This document shows, piece by piece, positions 1 to 9,353 of a stretch of DNA of 43,622 bases. Position 1 is the first letter of the stretch, and each line of letters begins with the position of its first letter. Under the pieces are notes generated by a model. It saw only the letters and a program-made list of their open reading frames with translations. It did no database searches and had not been told where the DNA came from. Source of the DNA: Candidatus Omnitrophota bacterium (GTDB lineage: Bacteria > Ratteibacteria > UBA8468 > MWAK01); the NCBI GenBank assembly GCA_043797665.1, contig JAZDPL010000045.1, positions 1 to 43,622 on the forward strand. The letters run 5' to 3'. The position numbers and the translations under genes were made by a program.

Positions 1-45
1 GGCTTGATTCATCAAGCCCGCGGGTCGGATAAATCCGACCCCTAC
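1..45 (-). repeat. GTAG-type REP-like double hairpin (family A), truncated by the window edge
   Basis: Reverse complement of GTAGGGGTCGGATTTATCCGACCCGCGGGCTTGATGAATCAAGCC; nine copies in the window. Confidence 0.9.
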
Positions 46-61
46 AATTCACTGTATCATT

Positions 62-907
62 ATGGTCTGGTGGCAAAGGAAGAAACAAACGGCTGTCCCG
101 CCCAGGAAGAAGGTTGAGGTCAAGGGCGAGAATTGGGTCAAGTGCCAGGGGTGCGGCACTAACCTGTACCAGAAGAGACTCCAGGAAAATTTGTGGGTCT
201 GTCCCCGGTGTCAGCACCACCACCGCCTGACCGCCCGACAGCGTATTGCTCTCACCCTGGACGAGGGCTCTTTTGTTGAATTAGACGCCCACCTTAAACC
301 CGGCGACCCGCTGTCCTTTTCAGGAGTGAAGCCGTATGCGGAGAAACTCAAGGAAGAGCAGAGCAAAACCGGTTTGAACGATGCTGCGGTTGCCGGCAAA
401 GGAACAATCGGCTGTTATCCGGTAGAGTTGGTGGTAACCGACAGCAATTTTATGATGGGAAGTATGGGCTCGGTGGTGGGTGAGAAAGTCTTGAGGTCAG
501 CCGAAAGAGCCAGGCTTTCCCACACGCCCCTTTTAATCGCTTCAGCCAGCGGTGGCGGTGCCAGGATGTACGAAGGGATGTACTCGCTCCTCCAGATGGC
601 TAAGACCTCTGCCGCCCTCGGACGGTTAGCCGAAGAAGGGGTTCTTTACGTCTCCCTTCTGACCGACCCGACGATGGCTGGCGTAGCCGCCAGTTTTGCT
701 TTCCTTGGAGATATCATTATCGCCGAACCCGGCGCGCTCATCGGTTTCACCGGACCCCGGGTAATTGAACAGACGATAAGAACGAAACTGCCCCCGGGGT
801 TTCAGCGAAGCGAATTCCTGCTGAAGAAAGGCGCGCTTGATGCGGTTTTACCCCGCCGGGAAATTCAGACCTTCCTGGTCCGGCTTCTCTCGCTCTTTCA
901 GCCCTGA
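62..907 (+). CDS. accD: Acetyl-CoA carboxylase carboxyltransferase beta subunit
   Basis: C4 zinc finger (WVKCQGC...VCPRC), FMMGSMGSVVGEK, SGGGARMYEG, AEPGALIGFTGPRVIEQT. Confidence 0.95.
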   Translation: MVWWQRKKQTAVPPRKKVEVKGENWVKCQGCGTNLYQKRLQENLWVCPRCQHHHRLTARQRIALTLDEGSFVELDAHLKPGDPLSFSGVKPYAEKLKEEQSKTGLNDAAVAGKGTIGCYPVELVVTDSNFMMGSMGSVVGEKVLRSAERARLSHTPLLIASASGGGARMYEGMYSLLQMAKTSAALGRLAEEGVLYVSLLTDPTMAGVAASFAFLGDIIIAEPGALIGFTGPRVIEQTIRTKLPPGFQRSEFLLKKGALDAVLPRREIQTFLVRLLSLFQP

Positions 908-909
908 AT

Positions 910-959
910 GTAGGGGTCGGATTTATCCGACCCGCGGGCTTGATGAATCAAGCCCCGAC
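910..959 (+). repeat. REP-like family A copy
   Basis: GTAGGGGTCGGATTTATCCGACCCGCGGGCTTGATGAATCAAGCCCCGAC just after the accD stop. Confidence 0.9.
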
Positions 960-964
960 TAACG

Positions 965-1825
965 GTGTTCATGGATAAACCTGCCTGGATAAAAAAAAGG
1001 TTTTTAGTTAACGCCGATGTTTTAGAAACAGAAGGGGTGGTCGAGCAGTTAGGACTCCACACCGTATGTTCTTCGGCTCGTTGTCCCAACCGGAACGAAT
1101 GTTTCAGCCGGAAGACCGCCGCCTTTATGATTCTGGGAAATATCTGCACCCGGAGATGCGGGTTCTGCGGCGTTGCCAAAGGGAAACCCCGGCCGCCGGA
1201 CCCGGACGAACCTGACCGGGTTGCCCGGGCAGCGGTCCAGATGGGGTTAAAGTACGTCGTGATTACCTCGGTCAGCCGGGACGACTTACCCGACCAGGGT
1301 GCAAACACCTTTGCCGAAACGATAACCGCTGTCCGCAGGCTTCTACCGGAAGCCAGAACAGAGGTTTTGACGCCGGACTTCGGCGGCAGGAAAGACCTTT
1401 TGTCCCTGGTATTAAACGCAAAGCCGCTGGTCTTCAACCACAACCTGGAAACCGTCCCATCCCTTTATCCGAAAGTAAGGCCTCAGGCGGATTACCGGAG
1501 GAGTTTAAACCTCCTGGCGATGGCTAAAGAATCAGGCGCGGATTTCACCAAGAGCGGTTTGATGTTGGGTCTAGGCGAGGAGAAGGCAGAGGTTTTAGAG
1601 GTTATGGCGGACTTGCGCCGGGCTGGTTGTGACATCCTGACCCTGGGTCAGTATCTGCGGCCCGGCAGGGATAACCTCCCAGTCCAGAGATACGTCCCGC
1701 CGGAAGAGTTTGCGGAGTACCGGCAAACCGCCGAACAGCTGGGATTTAAAGCGGTCGCCGCCGGTCCTTTTGTCCGCAGTTCCTACTTTGCCGCCGAACT
1801 CTTCCAGCACATCTATACTATTTAG
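965..1825 (+). CDS. lipA: Lipoyl synthase (start may be ATG at 971)
   Basis: CX4CX5C (CSSARCPNRNEC), radical SAM CTRRCGFC, NHNLETV, C-terminal VRSSY. Confidence 0.95.
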   Translation: MFMDKPAWIKKRFLVNADVLETEGVVEQLGLHTVCSSARCPNRNECFSRKTAAFMILGNICTRRCGFCGVAKGKPRPPDPDEPDRVARAAVQMGLKYVVITSVSRDDLPDQGANTFAETITAVRRLLPEARTEVLTPDFGGRKDLLSLVLNAKPLVFNHNLETVPSLYPKVRPQADYRRSLNLLAMAKESGADFTKSGLMLGLGEEKAEVLEVMADLRRAGCDILTLGQYLRPGRDNLPVQRYVPPEEFAEYRQTAEQLGFKAVAAGPFVRSSYFAAELFQHIYTI

Positions 1826-1971
1826 GCTTACCGCAACCCCTTTCAAGTTCATATTTTCTGTGCTATAATTTCCCTGTTCCGACCACCTAAATAATAATGA
1901 AAAAATTAAAGGAACAAACAATTACCTGGGACCATCCTGGCGGCAAACTCAAAACGGGGGGGGGACCCCAT

Positions 1972-3024
1972 ATGAAAAATCCCGAACCACAAATTGTTAT
2001 CTATAAAACCGAGGATGGACAGACAAAGCTTCGGGTAAAAATTGAAGATGAAACAGTCTGGCTCACTCAAGACCAGATGGCCGAGCTCTTCGACAAAGGC
2101 CGGACCACTATTATCGAGCATATCCATAATGCTTTTAAAGAAGGTGAACTTGATGAAAAAGCAGTATGTCGGGAATTCCGACGAACTGGATCTGACAGCA
2201 AAGAGTACGCCGTAAAACATTACAACCTCGATGTAATCATTTCGGTCGGGTACCGGGTGAAGTCGTTGCGGGGGACGCAATTTCGCATTTGGGCGACGCA
2301 AAGACTGCGGGAGTATATTATCAAAGGATTTACGCTGGACGATGAACGGCTCAAACAGGGCGGAGGCAGGGCGCGGTACTTTGAAGAGCTCCTGCAGCGA
2401 ATCCGGGATATCCGAAGCAGTGAGCGCAATTTTTATCAAAAAGTCACCGATATTTATGCCACCAGCATCGATTATCGAACGGACGACAAACTCACCAAAG
2501 AATTTTTCGCGACGGTGCAAAACAAGATACACTACGCTGTGCACGGCCACACCGCGGCCGAGATCGTAGATAAGAGCGCGGACAGCCGAAAGCCTTTGAT
2601 GGGGCTGACCAATCTCAAAGGCAATTACATTACCGCGCAGGACGTAACTATAGCCAAAAACTACCTGTCGGAATCTGAATTAAAACAACTGAATCTTATT
2701 GTTTCTTTGTATCTGGATTTTGCCGAACTGCAGGCCACCAACGGCAGACTGATGGAAATGAAGGATTGGATAGAAAAGCTCGATCAATTTTTAAAAATCA
2801 GCGAAAAAGAACTACTTACTCATGCGGGCAAAATTAGCGCCGAACAGGCCGAAGAAAAAGCACATCACGAATTTGATAAATACAGAAAAGATCAGGACAA
2901 GAAGCATGTCTCCGATTTTGACCGCGAGGTAAAAAAGTATTTAGCGGACGCAAAAAAAGCCGCAAAACTCTCTCCAAAAAAGACTAAAGAATTTTTCCAA
3001 AAGAACGGAGAAGTAAAACCATGA
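1972..3024 (+). CDS. Virulence RhuM-family protein (ORF is open from 1897; likely start 1972)
   Basis: ETVWLTQDQMAELF, YNLDVIISVGYRVKS, QFRIWAT, IRDIRSSERNFYQKVTDIYATS, IAKNYL. Confidence 0.88.
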   Translation: MKNPEPQIVIYKTEDGQTKLRVKIEDETVWLTQDQMAELFDKGRTTIIEHIHNAFKEGELDEKAVCREFRRTGSDSKEYAVKHYNLDVIISVGYRVKSLRGTQFRIWATQRLREYIIKGFTLDDERLKQGGGRARYFEELLQRIRDIRSSERNFYQKVTDIYATSIDYRTDDKLTKEFFATVQNKIHYAVHGHTAAEIVDKSADSRKPLMGLTNLKGNYITAQDVTIAKNYLSESELKQLNLIVSLYLDFAELQATNGRLMEMKDWIEKLDQFLKISEKELLTHAGKISAEQAEEKAHHEFDKYRKDQDKKHVSDFDREVKKYLADAKKAAKLSPKKTKEFFQKNGEVKP

Positions 3025-3266
3025 TAATAAACCTACAGGATGATCAGGAAATTTATGCTGTTGCCGTTAATGATTTGCAAAATGAAGCCATTAACAGAAT
3101 AGGCAGAAAATTAAGTGAAGACGAAATGTACACGGCTAAGAAATGTGTTGAATGTGGATTATCGTCGTGCATAGATATAACATTGAGAGCCGCAATTGAC
3201 GAAGCCGTGAGGTTAAACTATCAGAAAAGTCTGCCAAAAAGGAAAAATACGGGAAGTAAAACTTAA
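3021..3266 (+). CDS. Small hypothetical protein coupled to the RhuM-like gene
   Basis: 81-aa ORF overlapping the upstream stop (ATGA); no recognised motif. Confidence 0.6.
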   Translation: MIINLQDDQEIYAVAVNDLQNEAINRIGRKLSEDEMYTAKKCVECGLSSCIDITLRAAIDEAVRLNYQKSLPKRKNTGSKT

Positions 3267-3312
3267 TATTAAAACAGCGGAAATCATCCCCAGTGGGGTT
3301 AACTCACTGGCC

Positions 3313-3342
3313 ACCTCCGGGTTACGACCCGGAGGTTTTTTT
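3313..3342 (+). terminator. Intrinsic terminator-like hairpin
   Basis: ACCTCCGGG-ttacga-CCCGGAGGT followed by a T run. Confidence 0.7.
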
Positions 3343-3459
3343 ATGCATAGAAATAGTTGTTTGATTGACGGCTTTAATGTCTACAATAAAAACAGAAATA
3401 TCTCCAGTCAAAGAACAGAGGGTACATTGACAGAAGGATGGGATGGGAATATAATATAA
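3343..3459 (+). pseudogene. Possible 5' remnant of a NYN/LabA-DUF88 nuclease gene
   Basis: 38-codon ORF starting MHRNSCLIDGFNVYN; IDGFNxY is the typical first motif of NYN domains; the rest is absent. Confidence 0.4.
3427..3455 (+). promoter_or_regulatory. Consensus sigma70 promoter for the MNT-HEPN pair
   Basis: TTGACA (3427-3432), 17 bp spacer, TATAAT (3450-3455). Confidence 0.8.
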
Positions 3460-3505
3460 GGCGATGTTAGGATAACTTTACAGATGTTAAGTTGATATTA
3501 CAAAG

Positions 3506-4138
3506 ATGGCCATAGAAAAGAGACTGGATAATATAGTCAATTCAAGATCTAAAATTGCGATTATTCGGTTATTTGTCTCTAAGACCGCTGATTTCAGGGC
3601 TTCGGGTAGAGAAATAGCAAAGTTGGTGCATCTATCCGCACCGGCGGCGCATGCCGCCTTAAAGGAACTTTATAATCAAAGCGTTCTTAAGTTGGATATC
3701 ATTGGAAAACAACACATCTATAGCCTGGATAGCAAAAATATAATTGTCAAAAAAATATTAAGACCTATGTTTAAAGAAGAGGCTTCAATTAAAGACGAAG
3801 TCAGGGATTATTTAATTAAACAAATCAAGCATGCAGATATAAAGAATAAAATCGCATCTTGTATATTATATGGAAGTTTTCAAAAGGACCTAACCAGAGA
3901 CAGAAGCGATGTGGATATCGCGGTTATAGTCAAAGATAAAAAAAGCAAAAATGAAGTTGAAGATAAATTTCTAAATAATATATCAGTTAAATTTAATGAA
4001 TATTTCAGGATCCACTTGGATGCTTATATCAAGACGAGAGATGAATTTCGCCTTAGACTTAAGAAGAATCGTCCTCCGGTTTCAACCCTTATGAAATCTT
4101 ATTCTGTAATTTGGGGAAGAGAACCTTTGGATATTTAA
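3506..4138 (+). CDS. HTH-fused minimal nucleotidyltransferase (MNT antitoxin-like)
   Basis: N-terminal HTH (SGREIAKLVHLSAPAAHAALKEL) plus the Pol-beta motif LYGS...SDVDIAVI. Confidence 0.8.
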   Translation: MAIEKRLDNIVNSRSKIAIIRLFVSKTADFRASGREIAKLVHLSAPAAHAALKELYNQSVLKLDIIGKQHIYSLDSKNIIVKKILRPMFKEEASIKDEVRDYLIKQIKHADIKNKIASCILYGSFQKDLTRDRSDVDIAVIVKDKKSKNEVEDKFLNNISVKFNEYFRIHLDAYIKTRDEFRLRLKKNRPPVSTLMKSYSVIWGREPLDI

Positions 4139-4144
4139 TATTGT

Positions 4145-4591
4145 ATGACGCCACGGATAATTAAAACAAAGCAAGAAGACCGTTTTGTTGCCAAAGACTA
4201 CCTGAAGAAAGCAACTGACAACTACGAACAGATGCTTTTGGCTATCCGGGTAAATAATTTTAATGCCGCAGCTACCCTGGCTCTCCAGTGTGCCATTTCT
4301 TCAGCCGACGCCATTTGCGTTTTTGAAAAAGGAATGCGTTCTATTTCGCAAGATCACTTTGATGCTTGCGACTTAGTTGATTCTTTACCTGTGCAGGAGG
4401 CTAAAGATAAAAGTAAATTACTCAGAAAAATCATTGCCAAAAAGAACCTGATTCAATATGAAAGGCGCAATATCTATCAAAAGGAAGCATTGGAAATAGT
4501 AAAAACAGCCACAAGATTCTATCAATGGGTAAAGGGGTGTTTAGAAGAAGAGCAAGAACTGATTGACCGCAGAATATCAGGTGTGTTTTAA
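4145..4591 (+). CDS. HEPN-domain protein (toxin-like partner)
   Basis: Helical 148-aa protein with AISSADA, SQDH and KKNLIQYE; directly downstream of the MNT gene. Confidence 0.7.
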   Translation: MTPRIIKTKQEDRFVAKDYLKKATDNYEQMLLAIRVNNFNAAATLALQCAISSADAICVFEKGMRSISQDHFDACDLVDSLPVQEAKDKSKLLRKIIAKKNLIQYERRNIYQKEALEIVKTATRFYQWVKGCLEEEQELIDRRISGVF

Positions 4592-4612
4592 TATAAGGTA
4601 ATAAGGAGGAGG

Positions 4613-4840
4613 ATGGAGGTAAAGTTACCGAATTTAGGGGAAGGGATTGAAGGAGCCAGCGTTTCGTTCTGGTACAAGAAGGTCGGTGAGTCGGTGAAGG
4701 AAGGCGAAGACCTGGTGGAGATGACTACGGAAAAAGCCAGTTTTAATCTGCCGGCGCCGGGCTCCGGTAAGGTGACCAGGGTAAACTTCGGCGAGGGAGA
4801 TGCGGTAAAGGTGGATGAAGTCCTGGCAATCATTGAATAA
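4613..4840 (+). CDS. Stand-alone lipoyl/biotinyl attachment domain protein
   Basis: VKLPNLGEG, WYKKVGESVKEGEDLVEMTTEKA; strong AGGAGG RBS. Confidence 0.88.
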   Translation: MEVKLPNLGEGIEGASVSFWYKKVGESVKEGEDLVEMTTEKASFNLPAPGSGKVTRVNFGEGDAVKVDEVLAIIE

Positions 4841-4866
4841 AGCGCCGGGAGCGCAAGGCATAAGAG

Positions 4867-6039
4867 ATGAAGGAATGGGAATCAAGCCGTATCGCTAATT
4901 TGCCGCCGTACCTTTTTGAGCGTATCAATCGCCAGAAAATTCAGGCGCGCAGCGAGGGCCGGGATGTGATTGATTTGGGTATGGGGAATCCGGACCTCCC
5001 TACGCCGGCGCACATCATTGCCAAGCTGAAAGAAGTTGCGGATGACCCGAAGGCGCATCGCTACTCTGCCTCCAAAGGCATCAAGGGATTGCGGAAGGCA
5101 ATCGTAGATTGGTACCGGAAACGGTTTAACGTTGACCTTGATGCAGATAAAGAAGTCGTTGCGGTCATCGGCAGCAAAGAAGGTTTGTGCCATTTTGCCC
5201 TGGCTGCGTTCAATCCGGGTGATGCGGTTCTGGTGCCAAATCCTTCCTATCCCGCCCATTACTTCCCTTTTGCCATTGTAGGCATTAAGACGGTAGAGAT
5301 ACCACTGCTGCCGGAGAATGATTTCCTGCCTGATTTCCGGAAGATTAAGGTCGGCATTCACCACCGGCCCAAGGCGCTCCTCCTTTCTTATCCTCACAAC
5401 CCCACCACAGGGGTGGCTAACCTTGACATAATGGAGGAGGCGGTTGACTTCTGTCGGCAAAAAGGGCTCTTTCTGATTCACGACCTTGCCTACGGAGAGC
5501 TGGTTTTTGACGGACATTCCGCACCCAGTATTCTTCAGGTCCCGGGCGCCAAGGAGATAGCGATAGAGTTCTATTCCCTCTCCAAGACTTACAGCATGGC
5601 TGGCTGGCGGGTCGGCTTTGCGGTTGGTAACGAGAAATTAGTCGGCGCGTTGATAAAACTGAAGAGTTACTATGACTACGGGATTTTTACGCCAATTCAG
5701 GTGGCGGCGGTTTCTGCGCTCAACGGACCGCAGGACTGCGTTGTCCTCCACCGGGAGACCTACCGGAAGCGCCGGGACGTAATGGTGTCCGGACTCCAAC
5801 GCATCGGATGGGACGTGCCGATACCTCCGGCCACGATGTATATCTGGGCACCCTTGCCCCATAAGTACGCCTCTATGGGTTCCCTGGATTTCGCCTCTTT
5901 TCTTTTAGAGAAAGCCAACGTTGCGGTTTCTCCGGGTGTCGGGTTTGGTTCTTACGGCGAGGGTTATGTTCGAATCGCTCTGGTAGAAAACGAGCAGAGA
6001 CTGCGGCAGGCGGTACGTAATATCGGTCGGGTTTTGTAA
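4867..6039 (+). CDS. PLP class I/II aminotransferase, AlaC/LL-DAP-AT-like
   Basis: DLGMGNPD, SYPHNPT, SLSKTYSMAGWRVG, KSYYDYGIFTPIQVAA. Confidence 0.88.
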   Translation: MKEWESSRIANLPPYLFERINRQKIQARSEGRDVIDLGMGNPDLPTPAHIIAKLKEVADDPKAHRYSASKGIKGLRKAIVDWYRKRFNVDLDADKEVVAVIGSKEGLCHFALAAFNPGDAVLVPNPSYPAHYFPFAIVGIKTVEIPLLPENDFLPDFRKIKVGIHHRPKALLLSYPHNPTTGVANLDIMEEAVDFCRQKGLFLIHDLAYGELVFDGHSAPSILQVPGAKEIAIEFYSLSKTYSMAGWRVGFAVGNEKLVGALIKLKSYYDYGIFTPIQVAAVSALNGPQDCVVLHRETYRKRRDVMVSGLQRIGWDVPIPPATMYIWAPLPHKYASMGSLDFASFLLEKANVAVSPGVGFGSYGEGYVRIALVENEQRLRQAVRNIGRVL

Positions 6040-6059
6040 GTGGGGGGTAAAGGAAAAAA

Positions 6060-7214
6060 TTGGGAATAGAACTCTCGGAGCGGGTAAATAAATTAGCGCC
6101 TTCAGCCACTCTGGCGGTTGGCCGGAAGGCAAAGGAATTGCAGGCGAAAGGTATAAAAGTGCTCAACCTTTCGGTGGGTGAGCCGGACCTTCCGCCGCCG
6201 CAGGAGGCAAAGGATGCGGTTATCTCCGCGGTCAACGCCAACCTTTCCCGGTATACTGACAGCCGCGGCACCATAGACCTGCGTGAGGCTATCTGTCGGA
6301 GGACAAAGGAGGATTTAAATCTCACCTATTCACCCAACCAGGTCGTGGTCTCCTGCGGTTCCAAGCACAGCCTATACAACCTCTTCCAGGCGCTCTTAGA
6401 CTCCGGCGATGAGGTCTTGATTCCAATACCGTACTGGACCAGTTATCCGGAGATGGTCCGTCTAGCCGGAGGTATCCCGGTCTTTGTGCCGGCAAAATCC
6501 GGATACCGGGTAACCCCGGAAGATTTAGAACCGTTCATCACGCCAAAGACAAAAGCCTTAATCTTGAACAGTCCCAATAACCCTTCCGGCGCGGTCTACG
6601 AGAAAGAAGAGGTATCCGCAATCTATGATTGTCTGCTCAAACATAAAGAAGTCCTGGTCATCTCTGACGACGCCTACCAGCATTTCCTTTACGACGATAA
6701 AATCTTCTGCAGTATCGCCACTTTTCCCGGAATGGGGGAGCGGACGATAATAGTAGGTGCTGCTTCCAAGACCTACGCGATGACCGGCTGGCGGATAGGC
6801 TGGTTTTTGGGTCCGCAGGAACTCGCGGACGCGGTCGCCAAACTTCAGGACCAGTCAACTTCAAATCCGGCGTCTTTAAGCCAGGAGGCAGCCCGCTCTG
6901 CTCTTTCCGGCAACCAGGAGAGCGTCAGAAAAATGCGGGAAGAGTTTGAACGCCGACGCAGACTTCTCCTGGAACGGATGGCTCCGGTAAACGGTCTGAC
7001 TTACTGTTATCCTGCCGGCGCCTTTTACTTCTTCTTCACCCACCCGACCATCGGAAATTCCCTGGAATTCTCCGGCAGACTTTTAGAAGAGGCAAAGGTA
7101 GCGCTGGTTCCGGGAATCGCCTTCGGTATGGAAGGATATTTACGGCTTTCTTATGCGGTCTCAGAAGAAGTTCTTTCGGAAGCAATCAGCCGAATAATTA
7201 AGGTACTTGTTTAA
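6060..7214 (+). CDS. aspC: Aspartate aminotransferase-like PLP enzyme
   Basis: LSVGEPD, LNSPNNPSG, SKTYAMTGWRIG. Confidence 0.85.
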   Translation: MGIELSERVNKLAPSATLAVGRKAKELQAKGIKVLNLSVGEPDLPPPQEAKDAVISAVNANLSRYTDSRGTIDLREAICRRTKEDLNLTYSPNQVVVSCGSKHSLYNLFQALLDSGDEVLIPIPYWTSYPEMVRLAGGIPVFVPAKSGYRVTPEDLEPFITPKTKALILNSPNNPSGAVYEKEEVSAIYDCLLKHKEVLVISDDAYQHFLYDDKIFCSIATFPGMGERTIIVGAASKTYAMTGWRIGWFLGPQELADAVAKLQDQSTSNPASLSQEAARSALSGNQESVRKMREEFERRRRLLLERMAPVNGLTYCYPAGAFYFFFTHPTIGNSLEFSGRLLEEAKVALVPGIAFGMEGYLRLSYAVSEEVLSEAISRIIKVLV

Positions 7215-7240
7215 GATGGAAGGGAGGAAAAGACACGGAG

Positions 7241-7302
7241 TGTCATTCTGAGTGAAACGAAGAATCCGTTTTTGAGATCCTTCGCTGGCGCTCAGGATGA
7301 CA
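7241..7302. repeat. Palindromic repeat family B (TGTCATTCTGAG...GAAGAATC...GATCCTTCG...CTCAGGATGACA)
   Basis: Near-identical copies at 8129, 9257, 16709; partial copies at 11819 and 39894. Confidence 0.85.
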
Positions 7303-7335
7303 GAAGACGGCATTTTGAATTTTAAGGAGGAGGGT

Positions 7336-8100
7336 ATGATGGGGACAAAGATTGGAGCGCAGTTATATACTTTACGGGACTATCTGAAGACACCGGCAGA
7401 TATCGCCAGGACGCTTTCAAAGGTGAGAAAGATTGGGTACCAGGCAGTTCAGGTTTCTGCTTTGGGTCCGATTGCACCCAAAGAGTTGCGCAAAATTTTG
7501 GATAACGAAGGGCTTTATGCCTGTGCCACTCATATCGGTATAGACGTTCTGACCAAAGAGACCCGGAAGGTCATTGAAGAACACAAAATTCTGGGCGCAA
7601 AGTACGTGGTCTGTCCCGGCTTACCGGCGGAACTGCATAATGCCAAGGGTTATAAGAAGGTAGCCAAAGAACTTTCCCGGGTCGGCAGGGTATTGGCTAA
7701 AAGCGGCCTGGTTCTGGCTTACCACAACCACGCAACCGAGTTTGAGAAGTACGGAGACCGGTTAGGTTTAGAGATACTATTTGAAGAGAGCGACCCGAAA
7801 TACCTGCAGGCGGAAATAGACACCTACTGGGTTGCCTATGGCGGCGGGGACCCGGCAGAATGGTGTTTAAGGTGTTCCGGCCGCTTGCCGGTGGTCCACC
7901 TTAAAGATATGGGAATCCGGAAGAGCCAGCCGATTATGATGGAGATAGGCGAAGGGAACCTGAACTGGAAGGCGATTCTCTCTGCCTGTAAGAAGGCAGG
8001 TACCCTCTGGTATCTGGTGGAGCAGGATACCTGTCAGCGCCATCCGCTGGAGAGCCTGAAGATAAGTCTGGATAATTTGCATAAGATGGGGCTAAAATAA
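7336..8100 (+). CDS. Sugar phosphate isomerase/epimerase (xylose isomerase-like TIM barrel)
   Basis: QLYTLRD, YHNHATEF, EIDTYWV, HLKD, VEQD; AGGAGG RBS before ATG 7336. Confidence 0.88.
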   Translation: MMGTKIGAQLYTLRDYLKTPADIARTLSKVRKIGYQAVQVSALGPIAPKELRKILDNEGLYACATHIGIDVLTKETRKVIEEHKILGAKYVVCPGLPAELHNAKGYKKVAKELSRVGRVLAKSGLVLAYHNHATEFEKYGDRLGLEILFEESDPKYLQAEIDTYWVAYGGGDPAEWCLRCSGRLPVVHLKDMGIRKSQPIMMEIGEGNLNWKAILSACKKAGTLWYLVEQDTCQRHPLESLKISLDNLHKMGLK

Positions 8101-8128
8101 AAAATCAAAAGTCAAAAATGCCACAAAG

Positions 8129-8219
8129 TGTCATTCTGAGCGAAGCGAAGAATCTCGCTCAGGGCAAGGCGAGGTATCCGTTTTTGAGATTCTTCGGCAA
8201 AATATGCCTCAGAATGACA
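8129..8219. repeat. Family B repeat with internal extra segment
   Basis: TGTCATTCTGAGCGAAGCGAAGAATCT...GAGATTCTTCGG...CTCAGAATGACA. Confidence 0.85.
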
Positions 8220-8235
8220 TCAAAAAGAGTCTTTT

Positions 8236-9246
8236 ATGAAATATAAAGAATCTGGGGTAGATATTGATGCCAGCCAGAGCCTGGTTGAGGGAATAAAAAG
8301 GTTGGCAAAAAAAACAAAAACCCCCCGGGTTTTGGGAGAGGTGGGCCTCTTTGCCGGGTGCCTCTCTTTTCCGGTTAAAGAATACCAGGAGCCGGTTCTG
8401 GTCTCCGGAACCGACGGTGTGGGCACCAAGATTCTCCTGGCGGAGTTGTTAGGCAGATATGACACCATCGGCATTGATTTGGTGGCAATGTCGGTCAACG
8501 ACATTCTGACTTGCGGGGCAAGACCCCTGTTCTTTTTGGATTATTTGGCGGTCGGTCGGATAAAGAGAGAACGGGAAATGGCGATTATAAGGGGTGTTGT
8601 ACAGGGCTGTCGCCAGGCAGGCTGTGCCCTTTTAGGCGGTGAGACTGCGCAGATGGCTGACGTCTACGGCCGGAAAGGTTTTGACCTGGCCGGCTTTGCG
8701 GTCGGCGCGGTGGAAAGGTCAAAGATTATCGACGGCAAAAAAATTAAGAAGGGCGACATCGTCCTGGGTCTGCCTGGCAGCGGGCTGCACAGCAACGGAT
8801 TCTCTCTGGTGCGGAAGATCTTTACCAAAAAAGAAATTCTATCTGATAGGAAAGGTTTGGGTGCGGAACTACTCAAACCGACCCGGATTTATGTTAAAAT
8901 AATTCTGGAGACAATAGCGCGGTTTGAAGTGAAAGGCTTAGCGCACATTACCGGCGGCGGTCTGGTAGAAAATATCCCCAGGATATTGCCGAAAGGGACA
9001 AAGATAGTCCTGGACCGGAAGAAATGGAAGATGCCGGGTATCTTTCAGATGGTTCAGGAAAAGGGCAAGGTGAGTGATGCGGAGATGTCCCGGACGTTTA
9101 ACCTGGGTATCGGTATGGTAATGGTGGCATCTCCTTTTGAAGCGGAAAAGATTAGCCGGTTTTTAGAGAAAAAGGAAGAGAGATTCTATCAGATAGGCCG
9201 GGTGGAGAAGAGTGCAACCGCTCCCGGCTGTGACATTAAACCATAA
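8236..9246 (+). CDS. purM: Phosphoribosylformylglycinamidine cyclo-ligase (AIR synthetase)
   Basis: YKESGVDI, GTDGVGTK, GGETAQM, SGLHSNGFSL, HITGGG, RTFNLGIG. Confidence 0.96.
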   Translation: MKYKESGVDIDASQSLVEGIKRLAKKTKTPRVLGEVGLFAGCLSFPVKEYQEPVLVSGTDGVGTKILLAELLGRYDTIGIDLVAMSVNDILTCGARPLFFLDYLAVGRIKREREMAIIRGVVQGCRQAGCALLGGETAQMADVYGRKGFDLAGFAVGAVERSKIIDGKKIKKGDIVLGLPGSGLHSNGFSLVRKIFTKKEILSDRKGLGAELLKPTRIYVKIILETIARFEVKGLAHITGGGLVENIPRILPKGTKIVLDRKKWKMPGIFQMVQEKGKVSDAEMSRTFNLGIGMVMVASPFEAEKISRFLEKKEERFYQIGRVEKSATAPGCDIKP

Positions 9247-9256
9247 TTCACAAAAA

Positions 9257-9340
9257 TGTCATTCTGAGTTCTTCACTTCATGTCATTCTGAACAGAGTGA
9301 AGAATCCAAGATAGATCCTTCGCTGACGCTCAGGATGACA
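9257..9340. repeat. Family B repeat with duplicated left end
   Basis: TGTCATTCTG at both 9257 and 9281; right end CTCAGGATGACA. Confidence 0.8.
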
Positions 9341-9353
9341 AATAAACTTATCC

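Noticed and set aside
1956..1964. G9 tract as a phase-variation switch for the RhuM-like gene
   Set aside because: It lies just upstream of the probable start (1972) and may serve as the RBS; there is no evidence of length variation
7297..7335. ORF-track starts at 7297, 14866 and 38822
   Set aside because: These ATGs come from the GGATGACA/GGAATGAC ends of repeats; downstream ATGs fit the RBS position or the family N-terminus better
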